Positions 1 to 13,800 of a stretch of DNA of 64,000 nt are shown piece after piece. Numbering within the stretch: the stretch's first letter is position 1; every line of letters starts with the position of its first letter. The stretch is from the NCBI GenBank assembly GCA_964016885.1, contig OZ024742.1:292702001-292766000 (forward strand), given 5' to 3'. The DNA comes from Eledone cirrhosa. Taxonomy: Eukaryota. A model generated the notes under the pieces. The model searched no databases. It saw only the letters and a program-made list of their open reading frames with translations, and had not been told where the DNA came from. Made by a program: the position numbers and the translations under genes.

Positions 1-3000
1 TAGCTTAATAGATATATCTAGTCATAAACACAACTATATTACTGAGTCAAGGTGATAGCTTAATAGATATATCTAGTCATGAACACAACTATATTACTGA
101 GTCAAGGTGATACCTTAATAGATATATCTAGTCATAAACACATCTATATTACTGAGTCAAGGTGATAGCTTAATAGATATATCTGGTCATAAACACAACT
201 ATACTTAGTCAAGGTGATAGCTTAATAGATATATCTGGTCATAAACACAACTATACTGAGTCAAGGTGATAGCTTAATAGATATATCTAGTCATAAACAC
301 AACTATATTACTGAGTCAAGGTGATAGCTTAATAGATATATCTAGTCATAAACACAACTATATTACTGAGTCAAGGTGATAGCTTAATAGATATATCTAG
401 TCATAAACACAACTATATTACTGAGTCAAGGTGATAGCTTAATAGATATATCTGGTCATAAACACAACTATACTGAGTCAAGGTGATAGCTTAATAGACA
501 TATCTGGTGATAAACACAACTATACCGAGTTAAGGTGATAGCTTAATAGATATATCTGGTCATAAACACAACTATACTGAGTCAAGGTGATAGCTTAATA
601 GATATATCTAGTCATAAACACAACTATACTGAGTCAAGGTGATAGCTTAATAGATATATCTAGTCATAAACACAACTATATAACTGAGTCAAGGTGATAG
701 CTTAATAGATATATCTAGTCATAAACACAACTATATTACTGAGTCAAGGTGATAGCTTAATAGATATATCTGGTTATAAACACAACTATACTGTGTCAAG
801 GTGATAGCTTAATAGATATAGCTAGTCATAAACACAACTATATTACTGAGTCAAGGTGATAGCTTAATAGATATATGTAGTCATAAACACAACTATATTA
901 CTGAGTCAAGGTGATAGCTTAATAGATATATCTAGTCATAAACACAACTATACTGAGTCAAGGTGATAGCTTAATAGATATATCTGGTCATAAACACAAC
1001 TATATTACTGAGTCAAGGTGATAGCTTAATAGATATATCTAGTCATAAACACAACTATATTACTGAGTCAAGGTGATAGCTTAATAGATATATCTAGTCA
1101 TAAACACAACTATATTACTGAGTCAAGGTGATAGCTTAATAGATATATCTAGTCATAAGCACAACTATATTACAGAGTCAAGGTGATAGCTTAATAGATA
1201 TATCTAGTCATAAACACAACTATATTACTGAGTCAAGGTGATAGCTTAATAGATATATCTAGTTATAAACACAACTATATTACTGAGTCAAGGTGATACC
1301 TTCATAGATATATCTAGTCATAAACACAACTATATTACTGAGTCAAGGTGATAGCTTAATAGATATATCTGGTCATAAACACAACTATACTTAGTCAAGG
1401 TGATAGCTTAATAGATATATCTGGTCATAAACACAACTATACTGAGTCAAGGTGATAGCTTAATAGATATATCTAGTCATAAACACAACTATACTGAGTC
1501 AAGGTGATAGCTTAATAGATATATCTGGTCATAAACACAACTATATTACTGAGTCAAGGTGATAGCTTAATAGATATATCTAGTCATAAACACAACTATA
1601 TTACTGAGTCAAGGTGATAGCTTAATAGATATATCTAGTCATAAACACAACTATATTACTGAGTCAAGGTGATAGCTTAATAGATATATCTAGTCATAAA
1701 CACAACTATACTGAGTCAAGGTGATAGCTTAATAGATATATCTGGTTATAAACACAACTATACTGAGTCAAGGTGATAGCTTAATAGATATATCTAGTCA
1801 TAAACACAACTATATTACTGAGTCAAGGTGATAGCTTAATAGATATATCTAGTCATAAACACAACTATATTACAGAGTCAAGGTGATAGCTTAATAGATA
1901 TATCTAGTCATAAACACAACTATATTACTGAGTCAAGGTGATAGCTTAATAGATATATCTAGTCATAAACACAACTATATTACTGAGTCAAGGTGATACC
2001 TTAATAGATATATCTAGTCATAAACACAACTATATTACTGAGTCAAGGTGATAGCTTAATAGATATATCTGGTCATAAACACAACTATACTTAGTCAAGG
2101 TGATAGCTTAATAGATATATCTGGTCATAAACACAACTATACTGAGTCAAGGTGATAGCTTAATAGATATATCTAGTCATAAACACAACTATATTACTGA
2201 GTCAAGGTGATAGCTTAATAGATATATCTAGTCATAAACACAACTATACTGAGTCAAGGTGATAGCTTAATAGATATATCTGTTCATAAACACAACTATA
2301 CCGAGTTAAGGTGAAAGCTTAATAGATATATCTGGTCATAAACACAACTATACTGAGTCAAGGTGATAGCTTAATAGATATATCTAGTCATAAACACAAC
2401 TATACTGAGTCAAGGTGATAGCTTAATAGATATATCTAGTCATAAACACAACTATATAACTGAGTCAAGGTGATAGCTTAATAGATATATCTAGTCATAA
2501 ACACAACTATATTACTGAGTCAAGGTGATAGCTTAATAGATATATCTGGTCATAAACACAACTATACTGTGTCAAGGTGATAGCTTAATAGATATAGCTA
2601 GTCATAAACACAACTATATTACTGAGTCAAGGTGATAGCTTAATAGATATATGTAGTCATAAACACAACTATATTACTGAGTCAAGGTGATAGCTTAATA
2701 GATATATCTAGTCATAAACACAACTATACTGAGTCAAGGTGATAGCTTAATAGATATATCTGCTCATAAACACAACTATATTACTGAGTCAAGGTGATAG
2801 CTTAATAGATATATCTAGTCATAAACACAACTATATTACTGAGTCAAGGTGATAGCTTAATAGATATATCTAGTCATAAACACAACTATATTACTGAGTC
2901 AAGGTGATAGCTTAATAGATATATCTAGTCATAAACACAACTATATTACTGAGTCAAGGTGATAGCTTAATAGATATATCTGGTCATAAACACAACTATA

Positions 3001-3059
3001 CTGAGTCAAGGTGATAGCTTAATAGATATATCTGGTTATAAACACAACTATATTACTGA

Positions 3060-6000
3060 GTCAAGGTGATAGCTAAATAGATATATCTAGTCAGAAACAC
3101 AACTATATTACTGAGTCAAGGTGATAGCTTAATAGATATATCTAGTCATAAACACAACTATATTACTGAGTCAAGGTGATAGCTTAATAGATATATCTGG
3201 TCATAAACACAACTATACTGAGTCAAGGTGATAGCTTAATAGATATATCTGGTTATAAACACAACTATACTGAGTCAAGGTGATAGCTTAATAGATATAT
3301 CTAGTCATAAACACAACTATATTACTGAGTCAAGGTGATAGCTTAATAGATATATCTAGTCATAAACACAACTATATTACAGAGTCAAGGTGATAGCTTA
3401 ATAGATATATCTAGTCATAAACACAACTATATTACTGAGTCAAGGTGATAGCTTAATAGATATATCTAGTCATAAACACAACTATATTACTGAGTCAAGG
3501 TGATACCTTAATAGATATATCTAGTCATAAACACATCTATATTACTGAGTCAAGGTGATAGCTTAATAGATATATCTGGTCATAAACACAACTATACTTA
3601 GTCAAGGTGATAGCTTAATAGATATATCTGGTCATAAACACAACTATACTGAGTCAAGGTGATAGCTTAATAGATATATCTAGTCATAAACACAACTATA
3701 TTACTGAGTCAAGGTGATAGCTTAATAGATATATCTAGTCATAAACACAACTATATTACTGAGTCAAGGTGATAGCTTAATAGATATATCTAGTCATAAA
3801 CACAACTATATTACTGAGTCAAGGTGATAGCTTAATAGATATATCTGGTCATAAACACAACTATACTGAGTCAAGGTGATAGCTTAATAGATATATCTGG
3901 TGATAAACACAACTATACCGAGTTAAGGTGATAGCTTAATAGATATATCTGGTCATAAACACAACTATACTGAGTCAAGGTGATAGCTTAATAGATATAT
4001 CTAGTCATAAACACAACTATACTGAGTCAAGGTGATAGCTTAATAGATATATCTAGTCATAAACACAACTATATAACTGAGTCAAGGTGATAGCTTAATA
4101 GATATATCTAGTCATAAACACAACTATATTACTGAGTCAAGGTGATAGCTTAATAGATATATCTGGTTATAAACACAACTATACTGTGTCAAGGTGATAG
4201 CTTAATAGATATAGCTAGTCATAAACACAACTATATTACTGAGTCAAGGTGATAGCTTAATAGATATATGTAGTCATAAACACAACTATATTACTGAGTC
4301 AAGGTGATAGCTTAATAGATATATCTAGTCATAAACACAACTATACTGAGTCAAGGTGATAGCTTAATAGATATATCTGGTCATAAACACAACTATATTA
4401 CTGAGTCAAGGTGATAGCTTAATAGATATATCTAGTCATAAACACAACTATATTACTGAGTCAAGGTGATAGCTTAATAGATATATCTAGTCATAAACAC
4501 AACTATATTACTGAGTCAAGGTGATAGCTAAATAGATATATCTAGTCATAAGCACAACTATATTACAGAGTCAAGGTGATAGCTTAATAGATATATCTAG
4601 TCATAAACACAACTATATTACTGAGTCAAGGTGATAGCTTAATAGATATATCTAGTTATAAACACAACTATATTACTGAGTCAAGGTGATACCTTAATAG
4701 ATATATCTAGTCATAAACACAACTATATTACTGAGTCAAGGTGATAGCTTAATAGATATATCTGGTCATAAACACAACTATACTTAGTCAAGGTGATAGC
4801 TTAATAGATATATCTGGTCATAAACACAACTATACTGAGTCAAGGTGATAGCTTAATAGATATATCTAGTCATAAACACAACTATATTACTGAGTCAAGG
4901 TGATAGCTTAATAGATATATCTAGTCATAAACACAACTATATTACTGAGTCAAGGTGATAGCTTAATAGATATATCTGGTCATAAACACAACTATACTGA
5001 GTCAAGGTGATAGCTTAATAGATATATCTGGTGATAAACACAACTATACCGAGTTAAGGTGATAGCTTAATAGATATATCTGGTCATAAACACAACTATA
5101 CTGAGTCAAGGTGATAGCTTAATAGATATATCTAGTCATAAACACAACTATACTGAGTCAAGGTGATAGCTTAATAGATATATCTAGTCATAAACACAAC
5201 TATATAACTGAGTCAAGGTGATAGCTTAATAGATATATCTAGTCATAAACACAACTATATTACTGAGTCAAGGTGATAGCTTAATAGATATATCTGGTTA
5301 TAAACACAACTATACTGTGTCAAGGTGATAGCTTAATAGATATAGCTAGTCATAAACACAACTATATTACTGAGTCAAGGTGATAGCTTAATAGATATAT
5401 GTAGTCATAAACACAACTATATTACTGAGTCAAGGTGATAGCTTAATAGATATATCTAGTCATAAACACAACTATACTGAGTCAAGGTGATAGCTTAATA
5501 GATATATCTGGTCATAAACACAACTATATTACTGAGTCAAGGTGATAGCTTAATAGATATATCTAGTCATAAACACAACTATATTACTGAGTCAAGGTGA
5601 TAGCTTAATAGATATATCTAGTCATAAACACAACTATATTACTGAGTCAAGGTGATAGCTTAATAGATATATCTAGTCATAAGCACAACTATATTACAGA
5701 GTCAAGGTGATAGCTTAATAGATATATCTAGTCATAAACACAACTATATTACTGAGTCAAGGTGATAGTTTAATAGATATATCTAGTTATAAACACAACT
5801 ATATTACTGAGTCAAGGTGATACCTTAATAGATATATCTAGTCATAAACACAACTATATTACTGAATCAAGGTGATAGCTTAATAGATATATCTGGTCAT
5901 AAACACAACTATACTTAGTCAAGGTGATAGCTTAATAGATATATCTGGTCATAAACACAACTATACTGAGTCAAGGTGATAGCTTAATAGATATATCTAG

Positions 6001-9000
6001 TCATAAACACAACTATATTACTGAGTCAAGGTGATAGCTTAATAGATATATCTAGTCATAAACACAACTATATTACTGAGTCAAGGTGATAGCTTAATAG
6101 ATATATCTAGTCATAAACACAACTATATTACTGAGTCAAGGTGATAGCTTAATAGATATATCTGGTCATAAACACAACTATACTGAGTCAAGGTGATAGC
6201 TTAATAGATATATCTGGTTATAAACACAACTATATTACTGAGTCAAGGTGATAGCTTAATAGATATATCTAGTCAGAAACACAACTATATTACTGAGTCA
6301 AGGTGATAGCTTAATAGATATATCTGGTCATAAACACAACTATACTTAGTCAAGGTGATAGCTTAATAGATATATCTGGTCATAAACACAACTATACTGA
6401 GTCAAGGTGATAGCTTAATAGATATATCTAGTCATAAACACAACTATATTACTGAGTCAAGGTGATAGCTTAATAGATATATCTAGTCATAAACACAACT
6501 ATACTGAGTCAAGGTGATAGCTTAATAGATATATCTGGTCATAAACACAACTATACCGAGTTAAGGTGATAGCTTAATAGATATATCTGGTCATAAACAC
6601 AACTATACTGAGTCAAGGTGATAGCTTAATAGATATATCTAGTCATAAACACAACTATACTGAGTCAAGGTGATAGCTTAATAGATATATCTAGTCATAA
6701 ACACAACTATATAACTGAGTCAAGGTGATAGCTTAATAGATATATCTAGTCATAAACACAACTATATTACTGAGCCAAGGTGATAGCTTAATAGATATAT
6801 CTGGTCATAAACACAACTATACTGTGTCAAGGTGATAGCTTAATAGATATAGCTAGTCATAAACACAACTATATTACTGAGTCAAGGTGATAGCTTAATA
6901 GATATATGTAGTCATAAACACAACTATATTACTGAGTCAAGGTGATAGCTTAATAGATATATCTAGTCAGAAACACAACTATATTACTGAGTCAAGGTGA
7001 TAGCTTAATAGATATATCTAGTCATAAACACAACTATATTACTGAGTCAAGGTGATAGCTTAATAGATATATCTGGTCATAAACACAACTATACTGAGTC
7101 AAGGTGATAGCTTAATAGATATATCTGGTTATAAACACAACTATACTGAGTCAAGGTGATAGCTTAATAGATATATCTAGTCATAAACACAACTATATTA
7201 CTGAGTCAAGGTGATAGCTTAATAGATATATCTAGTCATAAACACAACTATATTACAGAGTCAAGGTGATAGCTTAATAGATATATCTAGTCATAAACAC
7301 AACTATATTACTGAGTCAAGGTGATAGCTTAATAGATATATCTAGTCATAAACACAACTATATTACTGAGTCAAGGTGATACCTTAATAGATATATCTAG
7401 TCATAAACACATCTATATTACTGAGTCAAGGTGATAGCTTAATAGATATATCTGGTCATAAACACAACTATACTTAGTCAAGGTGATAGCTTAATAGATA
7501 TATCTGGTCATAAACACAACTATACTGAGTCAAGGTGATAGCTTAATAGATATATCTAGTCATAAACACAACTATATTACTGAGTCAAGGTGATAGCTTA
7601 ATAGATATATCTAGTCATAAACACAACTATATTACTGAGTCAAGGTGATAGCTTAATAGATATATCTAGTCATAAACACAACTATATTACTGAGTCAAGG
7701 TGATAGCTTAATATATATATCTGGTCATAAACACAACTATACTGAGTCAAGGTGATAGCTTAATAGATATATCTGGTGATAAACACAACTATACCGAGTT
7801 AAGGTGATAGCTTAATAGATATATCTGGTCATAAACACAACTATACTGAGTCAAGGTGATAGCTTAATAGATATATCTAGTCATAAACACAACTATACTG
7901 AGTCAAGGTGATAGCTTAATAGATATATCTAGTCATAAACACAACTATATAACTGAGTCAAGGTGATAGCTTAATAGATATATCTAGTCATAAACACAAC
8001 TATATTACTGAGTCAAGGTGATAGCTTAATAGATATATCTGGTTATAAACACAACTATACTGTGTCAAGGTGATAGCTTAATAGATATAGCTAGTCATAA
8101 ACACAACTATATTACTGAGTCAAGGTGATAGCTTAATAGATATATGTAGTCATAAACACAACTATATTACTGAGTCAAGGTGATAGCTTAATAGATATAT
8201 CTAGTCATAAACACAACTATACTGAGTCAAGGTGATAGCTTAATAGATATATCTGGTCATAAACACAACTATATTACTGAGTCAAGGTGATAGCTTAATA
8301 GATATATCTAGTCATAAACACAACTATATTACTGAGTCAAGGTGATAGCTTAATAGATATATCTAGTCATAAACACAACTATATTACTGAGTCAAGGTGA
8401 TAGCTTAATAGATATATCTAGTCATAAGCACAACTATATTACAGAGTCAAGGTGATAGCTTAATAGATATATCTAGTCATAAACACAACTATATTACTGA
8501 GTCAAGGTGATAGCTTAATAGATATATCTAGTTATAAACACAACTATATTACTGAGTCAAGGTGATACCTTAATAGATATATCTAGTCATAAACACAACT
8601 ATATTACTGAGTCAAGGTGATAGCTTAATAGATATATCTGGTCATAAACACAACTATACTTAGTCAAGGTGATAGCTTAATAGATATATCTGGTCATAAA
8701 CACAACTATACTGAGTCAAGGTGATAGCTTAATAGATATATCTAGTCATAAACACAACTATATTACTGAGTCAAGGTGATAGCTTAATAGATATATCTAG
8801 TCATAAACACAACTATATTACTGAGTCAAGGTGATAGCTTAATAGATATATCTAGTCATAAACACAACTATATTACTGAGTCAAGGTGATAGCTTAATAG
8901 ATATATCTGGTCATAAACACAACTATACTGAGTCAAGGTGATAGCTTAATAGATATATCTGGTGATAAACACAACTATACCGAGTTAAGGTGATAGCTTA

Positions 9001-10880
9001 ATAGATATATCTGGTCATAAACACAACTATACTGAGTCAAGGTGATAGCTTAATAGATATATCTAGTCATAAACACAACTATACTGAGTCAAGGTGATAG
9101 CTTAATAGATATATCTAGTCATAAACACAACTATATAACTGAGTCAAGGTGATAGCTTAATAGATATATCTAGTCATAAACACAACTATATTACTGAGTC
9201 AAGGTGATAGCTTAATAGATATATCTGGTTATAAACACAACTATACTGTGTCAAGGTGATAGCTTAATAGATATAGCTAGTCATAAACACAACTATATTA
9301 CTGAGTCAAGGTGATAGCTTAATAGATATATGTAGTCATAAACACAACTATATTACTGAGTCAAGGTGATAGCTTAATAGATATATCTAGTCATAAACAC
9401 AACTATACTGAGTCAAGGTGATAGCTTAATAGATATATCTGGTCATAAACACAACTATATTACTGAGTCAAGGTGATAGCTTAATAGATATATCTAGTCA
9501 TAAACACAACTATATTACTGAGTCAAGGTGATAGCTTAATAGATATATCTAGTCATAAACACAACTATATTACTGAGTCAAGGTGATAGCTTAATAGATA
9601 TATCTAGTCATAAGCACAACTATATTACAGAGTCAAGGTGATAGCTTAATAGATATATCTAGTCATAAACACAACTATATTACTGAGTCAAGGTGATAGT
9701 TTAATAGATATATCTAGTTATAAACACAACTATATTACTGAGTCAAGGTGATACCTTAATAGATATATCTAGTCATAAACACAACTATATTACTGAATCA
9801 AGGTGATAGCTTAATAGATATATCTGGTCATAAACACAACTATACTTAGTCAAGGTGATAGCTTAATAGATATATCTGGTCATAAACACAACTATACTGA
9901 GTCAAGGTGATAGCTTAATAGATATATCTAGTCATAAACACAACTATATTACTGAGTCAAGGTGATAGCTTAATAGATATATCTAGTCATAAACACAACT
10001 ATATTACTGAGTCAAGGTGATAGCTTAATAGATATATCTAGTCATAAACACAACTATATTACTGAGTCAAGGTGATAGCTTAATAGATATATCTGGTCAT
10101 AAACACAACTATACTGAGTCAAGCTGATAGCTTAATAGATATATCTGGTTATAAACACAACTATATTACTGAGTCAAGGTGATAGCTTAATAGATATATC
10201 TAGTCAGAAACACAACTATATTACTGAGTCAAGGTGATAGCTTAATAGATATATCTGGTCATAAACACAACTATACTTAGTCAAGGTGATAGCTTAATAG
10301 ATATATCTGGTCATAAACACAACTATACTGAGTCAAGGTGATAGCTTAATAGATATATCTAGTCATAAACACAACTATATTACTGAGTCAAGGTGATAGC
10401 TTAATAGATATATCTAGTCATAAACACAACTATACTGAGTCAAGGTGATAGCTTAATAGATATATCTGGTCATAAACACAACTATACCGAGTTAAGGTGA
10501 TAGCTTAATAGATATATCTGGTCATAAACACAACTATACTGAGTCAAGGTGATAGCTTAATAGATATATCTAGTCATAAACACAACTATACTGAGTCAAG
10601 GTGATAGCTTAATAGATATATCTAGTCATAAACACAACTATATAACTGAGTCAAGGTGATAGCTTAATAGATATATCTAGTCATAAACACAACTATATTA
10701 CTGAGCCAAGGTGATAGCTTAATAGATATATCTGGTCATAAACACAACTATACTGTGTCAAGGTGATAGCTTAATAGATATAGCTAGTCATAAACACAAC
10801 TATATTACTGAGTCAAGGTGATAGCTTAATAGATATATGTAGTCATAAACACAACTATATTACTGAGTCAAGGTGATAGC
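3060..10880. repeat. ~3.9-kb tandem duplication within the satellite (boundaries approximate)
   Basis: ACACATCTAT at 3531/7407 (offset 3876) and GGTGATAGTTT at 5761/9692 (offset 3931, one 55-mer more), with the same variant order in between. Confidence 0.7.
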
Positions 10881-13800
10881 TTAATAGATATATCTAGTCA
10901 TAAACACAACTATACTGAGTCAAGGTGATAGCTTAATAGATATATCTGGTCATAAACACAACTATATTACTGAGTCAAGGTGATAGCTTAATAGATATAT
11001 CTAGTCATAAACACAACTATATTACTGAGTCAAGGTGATAGCTTAATAGATATATCTAGTCATAAACACAACTATATTACTGAGTCAAGGTGATAGCTTA
11101 ATAGATATATCTAGTCATAAACACAACTATATTACTGAGTCAAGGTGATAGCTTAATAGATATATCTGGTCATAAACACAACTATACTGAGTCAAGGTGA
11201 TAGCTTAATAGATATATCTGGTTATAAACACAACTATATTACTGAGTCAAGGTGATAGCTTAATAGATATATCTAGTCAGAAACACAACTATATAACTGA
11301 GTCAAGGTGATAGCTTAATAGATATATCTAGTCATAAACACAACTATATTACTGAGTCAAGGTGATAGCTTAATAGATATATCTAGTCATAAACACAACT
11401 ATACTGAGTCAAGGTGATAGCTTAATAGATATATCTGGTCATAACCACAACTATACCGAGTTAAGGTGATAGCTTAATAGATATATCTGGTCATAAACAC
11501 AACTATACTGAGTCAAGGTGATAGCTTAATAGATATATCTAGTCATAAACACAACTATACTGAGTCAAGGTGATAGCTTAATAGATATATCTAGTCATAA
11601 ACACAACTATATAACTGAGTCAAGGTGATAGCTTAATAGATATATCTAGTTATAAACACAACTATATTACTGAGTCAAGGTGATAGCTTAATAGATATAT
11701 CTGGTCATAAACACAACTATACTGTGTCAAGGTGATAGCTTAATAGATATAGCTAGTCATAAACACAACTATATTACTGAATCAAGGTGATAGCTTAATA
11801 GATATATCTAGTCATAAACACAACTATATAACTGAGTCAAGGTGATAGCTTAATAGATATATCTAGTCATAAACACAACTATATTACTGAGTCAAGGTGA
11901 TAGCTTAATAGATATATCTAGTCATAAACACAACTATACTGAGTCAAGGTGATAGCTTAATAGATATATCTGGTCATAAACACAACTATACCGAGTTAAG
12001 GTGATAGCTTAATAGATATATCTGGTCATAAACACAACTATACTGAGTCAAGGTGATAGCTTAATAGATATATCTAGTCATAAACACAACTATATTACTG
12101 AGTCAAGGTGATAGCTTAATAGATATATCTAGTCATAAACACAACTATATTACTGAGTCAAGGTGATACCTTAATAGATATATCTAGTCATAAACACAAC
12201 TATATTACTGAGTCAAGGTGATAGCTTAATAGATATATCTGGTCATAAACACAACTATACTTAGTCAAGGTGATAGCTTAATAGATATATCTGGTCATAA
12301 ACACAACTATACTGAGTCAAGGTGATAGCTTAATAGATATATCTAGTCATAAACACAACTATATTACTGAGTCAAGGTGATAGCTTAATAGATATATCTA
12401 GTCATAAACACAACTATATTACTGAGTCAAGGTGATAGCTTAATAGATATATCTAGTCATAAACACAACTATATTACTGAGTCAAGGTGATAGCTTAATA
12501 GATATATCTGGTCATAAACACAACTATACTGAGTCAAGGTGATAGCTTAATAGATATATCTGGTTATAAACACAACTATATTACTGAGTCAAGGTGATAG
12601 CTTAATAGATATATCTAGTCATAAACACAACTATATTACTGAGTCAAGGTGATAGCTTAATAGATATATCTGGTCATAAACACAACTATACTGAGTCAAG
12701 GTGATAGCTTAATAGATATATCTGGTTATAAACACAACTATACTGAGTCAAGGTGATAGCTTAATAGATATATCTAGTCATAAACACAACTATATTACTG
12801 AGTCAAGGTGATAGCTTAATAGATATATCTAGTCATAAACACAACTATATTACAGAGTCAAGGTGATAGCTTAATAGATATATCTAGTCATAAACACAAC
12901 TATATTACTGAGTCAAGGTGATAGCTTAATAGATATATCTAGTCATAAACACAACTATATTACTGAGTCAAGGTGATACCTTAATAGATATATCTAGTCA
13001 TAAACACAACTATATTACTGAGTCAAGGTGATAGCTTAATAGATATATCTGGTCATAAACACAACTATACTTAGTCAAGGTGATAGCTTAATAGATATAT
13101 CTGGTCATAAACACAACTATACTGAGTCAAGGTGATAGCTTAATAGATATATCTAGTCATAAACACAACTATATTACTGAGTCAAGGTGATAGCTTAATA
13201 GATATATCTAGTCATAAACACAACTATACTGAGTCAAGGTGATAGCTTAATAGATATATCTGGTCATAAACACAACTATACCGAGTTAAGGTGAAAGCTT
13301 AATAGATATATCTGGTCATAAACACAACTATACTGAGTCAAGGTGATAGCTTAATAGATATATCTAGTCATAAACACAACTATACTGAGTCAAGGTGATA
13401 GCTTAATAGATATATCTAGTCATAAACACAACTATATTACTGAGTCAAGGTGATAGCTTAATAGATATATGTAGTCATAAACACAACTATATTACTGAGT
13501 CAAGGTGATAGCTTAATAGATATATCTAGTCATAAACACAACTATACTGAGTCAAGGTGATAGCTTAATAGATATATCTGGTCATATACACAACTATATT
13601 ACTGAGTCAAGGTGATAGCTTAATAGATATATCTAGTCATAAACACAACTATATTACTGTCAAGGTGATAGCTTAATAGATATATCTAGTCATAAACACA
13701 ACTATATTACTGAGTCAAGGTGATAGCTTAATAGATATATCTAGTCATAAACACGACTATATTACTGAGTCAAGGTGATAGCTTAATAGATATATCTAGT

